Below, piece after piece: positions 19,958-25,462 of a DNA stretch of 25,462 nucleotides. The number at the start of each line of letters is the position of its first letter. The first letter of the stretch is position 1. The position numbers and the translations under genes were made by a program. The notes beneath the pieces are model-generated. The model searched no databases, had not been told where the DNA came from, and saw only the letters and a program-made list of their open reading frames with translations. Source of the stretch: Macrostomum lignano (taxonomy: Eukaryota); contig NIVC01003026.1 of assembly GCA_002269645.1 (NCBI GenBank), forward strand, positions 1 to 25,462. Direction: 5' to 3'.

Positions 19958-20526
19958 ACTATGGCACCAGCTGGGGCTCCGTGTTCGGGCTGATCGGATC
20001 CGTGATCATTCTCAAGCTGTTTCTATTCATTCTGTGCCACAGGCTTGGCACTACATCAAGCACTGGGGCCCTGGCTCTGGACCATCGCAACGACTGCGTA
20101 TCCAACGCCACCGTGCTCATCATGACGGTGCTGTCGGCCTATGTCTGGCCCTACTTCGACGCGATTGGAGCTCTGGCCATCAGTGTCTATATTATTTACA
20201 CCTGGGCGGAGACGCTGAAGCAGCAGATCCGGCTGCTAACGGGGTACACGGCCGATTCTGAATACCTGAAGCAGATTATCTTTATCTGCGTCAATCATCA
20301 CCCACTGATCCAGCAGCTGGAAACCGTGCGAGCATTTCACATTGGCAACAACTATCTGGTTGAGGTGGACATTGTTGTGCCAGGTGATTTAGCCCTGCGC
20401 GAGGCGCACGATATAGGCGAGAGTCTGCAGCGCAAACTGGAGCGCTTGGGCGGTGTAGAACGGGCGTTTGTTCACGTGGATTACGAGTTCATGCACCACC
20501 CCAGCACTGAGCACAAGCAGGTGTGA
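19958..20526 (+). CDS. Mn-CDF exon 4 (TM4-TM6, DHRND motif, cytosolic dimerisation domain)
   Basis: Acceptor TTTTGCAG|AC; ALDHRND, FDAIGALAIS, EVDIVVP, EAHDIGESLQRKLE, ERAFVHVDYEF; TGA at 20524-20526. Spliced total 1542 nt = 513 aa. Confidence 0.97.
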
Positions 20527-20621
20527 CAAGGCCGCTAGTGACCCAGATTACATTTTTGTATGATCTTTGACGGGAAATCTTGCAACAGATTTACTGTGTA
20601 TTCGTATCTGAACTGCCTATT

Positions 20622-20706
<85 letters not shown>

Positions 20707-20707
20707 G

Positions 20708-20776
<69 letters not shown>

Positions 20777-20779
20777 TAG

Positions 20780-20820
<41 letters not shown>

Positions 20821-20823
20821 TAG

Positions 20824-20856
<33 letters not shown>

Positions 20857-20859
20857 TAG

Positions 20860-20892
<33 letters not shown>

Positions 20893-20908
20893 TAGTGTCT
20901 GTCTTAGT

Positions 20909-20942
<34 letters not shown>

Positions 20943-20959
20943 CTGTCTGGCTGTATGTA

Positions 20960-21020
<61 letters not shown>

Positions 21021-21060
21021 GGCTGTCTGTCTGTCTCTGGCTGGCTGTCTGTCTCTGGCT
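20622..21060. repeat. (CTGT)n microsatellite, about 440 bp, with TAGT interruptions and a degenerate 3' end
   Basis: Directly visible. Confidence 0.98.
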
Positions 21061-21152
21061 TCATAACCGTATCCACAGCTAATTCGAAGTGTTTTAACTG
21101 ACAAAGCTTGCTGATTGGACGACAATCTACGAGTACATGTACCTTCTACTTC

Positions 21153-21158
21153 AATAAA
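21153..21158 (+). terminator. Candidate polyadenylation signal AATAAA of the CDF gene
   Basis: First AATAAA seen after the stop, followed by T/GT-rich sequence. Confidence 0.5.
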
Positions 21159-21650
21159 AATGCTTTGTTTTTGCATTTTTACAGATTTTCCCGTATGATA
21201 TTTGTTATAGAAGTATCCTGCACTGCAGTTAAACAAGCTAGGACAGAATAGGACAGATGTCTGATGACTTTTTGCTAAGTTTTACATGTCTTACCAGGTA
21301 GAAAGAAATAACATGTACTGAAATTTATTTACTTTTTGTTTTTAGTGCAGTATTAGTCAATAATTCATTCGTTCATTTTTTAGCTTTTATTATTTTCCTT
21401 AGTTTAGCAAATCATTTTCTGTGTTTTCAGACCTAGTTTTCATAGCGTTTGTTTTTTATTATATTGTAAAAGATTGAAGGACACCACCAACATTTATAGT
21501 GGTAGGTCTGTGGAGCTTCATGTGCAAAGCTTTCAGAATTCTGAGTTATGCCGTCAAACCTACACTTATCCGGAATAGTGAACAGCTTAGTCGGGTGCGA
21601 CTAGCCAGGTGTGCTCCCTAGGCCTAGTGTCTTTTGGTTTTTCCATGTAG

Positions 21651-22195
21651 AAATTGCCCGGATCAAGATAGCAACAAAATTTATGCACGACACCAGCTTT
21701 AGGGACCTTCGCTTCCAACCTGCTAACAAAATAAACTGACCGATTTTAGCGGACTGGCTGAAACGCAACCAAGATTTGAGAGTTCAAGTACTTCAAGAAA
21801 GTTCTTTTAAGCCTTTTTTCAAGAATCAGAGATTGAGCACCAATGAATTGGAATTTGATCAACTCATTAGTTATACATGTGTAGAGTTAGACACCTTAGA
21901 TTCGTCAAATCTGATACACTTATTGGGGGGGGATCATTTTCTTTGTCAGAAAGCCATTAAACACTTTAGCAAGGAAACTTCCAGGATAAGCATTCTGTTG
22001 AAAATTATCAATGAGGTGAATCGATCAATTCTTGGTAAAGGGATTGCCAGGTATTTGCAGATATTAAACGCTGTGCAAAGTGTAGCCAATCAGACCCGTT
22101 TACCACCAGCGCGGGAACACCGCAGTGAAAAATGTGTTTGCGATACACCTTTAGCGCTAACAATGTCTAGGCACAATCAAACCCGTCAACAGTGA
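21651..22195 (+). pseudogene. Degenerate coding fragment of unknown family (about 180 codons, one internal TGA)
   Basis: The 139-aa ORF at 21776 extends upstream in frame through a single TGA to an acceptor-like TTTTTCCATGTAG| at 21650. No homology recognised. Confidence 0.3.
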
Positions 22196-23766
22196 ACAGT
22201 TCGGGTGAGTAAGGGTAATGACTTGGATAAATCCACTCTGCATGATTGCTAGCCAAATAAAAAATCTAGGTATCATCAACATACCTACGGCTACATGCAG
22301 TAAAGGTCGGAGCACAGAGGATTCATCCACGTACATGTACTGCTTTTCCCAATGAGCCATACATATATGCACAGATGCTGGCTATTTTAGGGTCGATATA
22401 TAAAATTGTCTGCGCGGAGTTTGCCCGCCGAAGTTGCATGGTCCGCGCGAATTTTTCCCACCGAGGCCATTGCTCGTCGAAGTTCACATGTGTAACCCAC
22501 ATTAATTTACATGTATTTAGCTGGTGATCTTCATTCTTAATACATGTACATACATTTATGCAGCTATAATGCATGTCATCATGGCTTCTGTCATCGAGAA
22601 CGCCAGTTTCATCTTGGTCATATATACCTGTACATGCATGATATATTTGACAAAATCAATCAAAAAAAAGTATATATATTTTGGACTTGAATTTCCTTTA
22701 ATCTGATGCACGACTGAACGTTTGCTATGACCAATGACCCATGCATGACCTTTGTGTCGACGCAGTAGCTTTATATCGTCCAGATGGGTTTTGCGCTTCC
22801 CTAGCTCGAAGTACTCCCCCCAGGTTAAGGTATTTTACGTCAGCATGTAGTAACCTTCGCGAAAGTTCTGCACATCGACAGAATCGACTATTCTCAGAGA
22901 TTTTATTGGGATAGACTCGTTTCCAAAATTTAGACAGTGAAGTAGCTAAAAAAATTAATTAGTTTGCATTGCATTCATTGCAGGCTCGCAACCTTAACCG
23001 TGAAGTACTCATTTAAATAAATCTATCTATAATACCTTATATCTTACAAAAAATACAAAAAAGTAAATTAATCCTAAATTTATTTAAAAAATTATTTCAA
23101 TGCATTTTTCCTAGCTTCACTAATCTGTAAAATTAATTTTGCATCTTTACAAGTTTAACAGACGTAAAAACGAACTGATTTCGGATTTATTCGGACACTG
23201 ATTTGCATATATTGTGCAATATATTCCGTTTGCAGTGTAATCTGTAAGGAGTTATTTATTGTTTCAAAGAAAGCGTAACTTATCAAGTATTAACCATAAG
23301 TCATGGATATTGCATCAAGTAGTGGTGTTTCGATGTAAGTTGATTTTCAATTCTCTAGTTGTCTAGGGCCTAGTCTTGAACTAAAGTTAACTTTTATACT
23401 ATAGTCTATAGTATACTAGGTAGGTATGCCATAGGTACGCCTTGTATCTTAGACCATCCATATACTAAATCAAATTTAAATACTAATTTTGTGCTGTTTT
23501 ATGTCTGTAATGGATTTTTGCAAGAACTGTCTTACCAATTTTTTTAAATTCAGCCTAGGCCACCTAGTTTAAAAATTTAGGCATTTTTTGGTGGTCTTGT
23601 ATAACTTTTTCAATAAAAATTCAAATGGGAAGTGGGTCACAAAAAGTAGCACAAAATTTGGTATACATATCATGATTGCTTTAATCTTTGGTATAGGCCC
23701 TAAACTTCATGCTGTAAAAACATTATTTTTATACAATTGTTAAAAACTTGAAAACTATTTTCATTA

Positions 23767-24515
23767 TGATTTTAGCATGTTTGGACATCCCCAGAGCTAC
23801 TAAAACAGTAAAATTAATAACTTTGTTTTCTAGTACTTTTTTCCATCTTCAGCAATTCCTAACAATTCCTAGACCTAACAATTTGAAGTTTAAAGTTTCT
23901 GATTTCAGACTAGTGCAAAAATGTGGGAATTATGTTGTCAAAGTTGACAATTAACTAATAACTAATAATATAAGTGATGAGCAGGGTAGAAAAGAAATGA
24001 AGGGCCTAAGGTGCAAGTTGAACTTGTATTTAAACTAACATAGTAAATAGGTTAGCTGAAATATCTAATGTCCCAATTAATGGTTGGAATTGTCTGTGGG
24101 GAAGAGCATAGTAGACAAGTACAAGACTGAATTGCAGAACAAAAAGTACAAATATTTGGAGAATGGAAAATATGATACATGTTGTCTAATATGGCATTGA
24201 TGCTTAAGAGTGTCTATGGCCCAAAGGGATGAGTTGGTTAGATTGAAGGGAAGTATGAGCACTCAGACTTATGTTCTTGCTGCTAAGTTCTTGCTAGGAC
24301 CATTAACCATTAAGTCTATCAGCAGCATGCCAAGAGGCTATCCTGCAGCACTATCATTTATTGTACCAATTCACACCAATCCAAAATAAAAAAACTTTGA
24401 TTTTTGAATTATTAAGAATCATTAGGAATTGCTAAAGATGGAAAAAGTACTAAAAAACAAAGTTGTTAATTTTATTGGTTTAATAGCTTTGGGATGTCCA
24501 AACATGCTAAAATCA
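23767..24515. repeat. Imperfect inverted repeat pair (about 105 bp; 23767-23871 and 24413-24515); possible foldback/MITE relic
   Basis: TGATTTTAGCATGTTTGGACATCCC...AGCAATTCCTAA matches the reverse complement of the right arm with scattered mismatches. No TSD found. Confidence 0.75.
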
Positions 24516-25462
24516 GCTTTCAAGAGGAGAAAATGCATAAAATATTAAAGTTGTTTAAGGAATGATTTGAGAAGAATGCAAAATTTTTGGTATAAGAAAC
24601 TAAAAAGTTTTGTTTTATGTTAAATAAGCAAATGTGCTTATTGCCTTTTTTTCTTAAGATTTTAAAATCCTAGGCCTGTGTTATATATGCTTATATATAC
24701 TTTGACAACTTGTTACCTTAAAACTTTTATGTACTTTTATTATATTGAAATTTTATAATCTAAATCTCTAGATTGAAAAAAAGTATATTAATTCATTATA
24801 ATGAAATAGGTGACAGTCATTATTATTTTGTTATAATGAAATAATTTAATTATTATACTATAAATGCTACTATTGTAGAAAAGTTTAATAAAGTTATATA
24901 AAAATTCAACTAAAATGACAATAAAAGCCTAAAAATATAATATTATTCTTGGTAAAGACTTTTCTTTCAGAGTACTTTTACTTTTATATACCTTTTAATA
25001 TTATCTATCACTAGTATTAGCATAGCCTTTATGTAATCATTTTTTTCTTATCAGTTTTAATAATATTTTAATAAATATTTTGATGTGTACTTTTTTTTCT
25101 AATATATAGAAAAGAAAGACTCCAAGCTAAACAGGCTCTAACAATGCTTTTCCCAACCAAGGCAGATAAATGAAAATTGATACAATTAGCGTCTGCTTCA
25201 TTAATTTTGCAAATCTAATCATTTGCATTTTGCATAGCTGCCCTCAGTCATGCTTGACTATATTTTAGTCTCAGATTAATACAACAGCAAAGCTTAATTG
25301 ATATTCTCTAGAATTGTTCCAAAACTAAAAACAACCAAAATTGGGGCACTGTTAAACAGAATTTATAGCATTCCATACTGAATGCTTTGCTTTTAAGACT
25401 TTATGAGGAAAATTTATAATTAAGATATATAACTATTGTTTTAAAGCCTCCGATTTGGTGTG

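Noticed and set aside
20560-21236. ORFs of SVCL / DRQT repeats
   Set aside because: Frames of the (CTGT)n microsatellite.
22190-22237. HYPYSPEL (minus strand) as a mariner HPPYSPDL motif
   Set aside because: Neighbouring residues and the other DDD motifs do not fit.

Overview
Eukaryotic (animal-like) genomic DNA. GC-rich exons inside minisatellite-filled introns suggest an invertebrate such as a Macrostomum-type flatworm, but that is inference only. The window holds: (1) the last two exons of an unidentified + strand gene (3-77, 426-833); (2) a complete 4-exon gene (2297-2644, 12208-12351, 13724-14204, 19958-20526; 513 aa) for a cation diffusion facilitator with DxxxD in both TM2 and TM5, the Mn-CDF/plant MTP8-11 signature; (3) three introns each inflated by a different minisatellite. 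Intron 1 is a nested stack. A 27-bp minisatellite is split by an 8.56-kb non-autonomous DNA transposon (3105-11662; perfect 37-bp CCC...GGG TIRs, 2-bp GA TSD, 103-bp and 114-bp subterminal arrays). That transposon in turn carries a full-length, ORF-intact RTE-type non-LTR retrotransposon (4928-9041, 12-bp TSD). The retroelement begins with a by-eye complete HDV-like self-cleaving ribozyme fold (4935-5012), has a short overlapping uORF and no in-frame ATG before the endonuclease, encodes APE-RT plus four C-terminal zinc fingers, and ends in a GNRA stem-loop and (GAA)6. It lies in the same orientation as the host gene, so the ribozyme sits inside the transporter pre-mRNA. The last 4 kb are AT-rich, with a degenerate ORF and an imperfect inverted repeat. 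All alignments and folds were made by eye.
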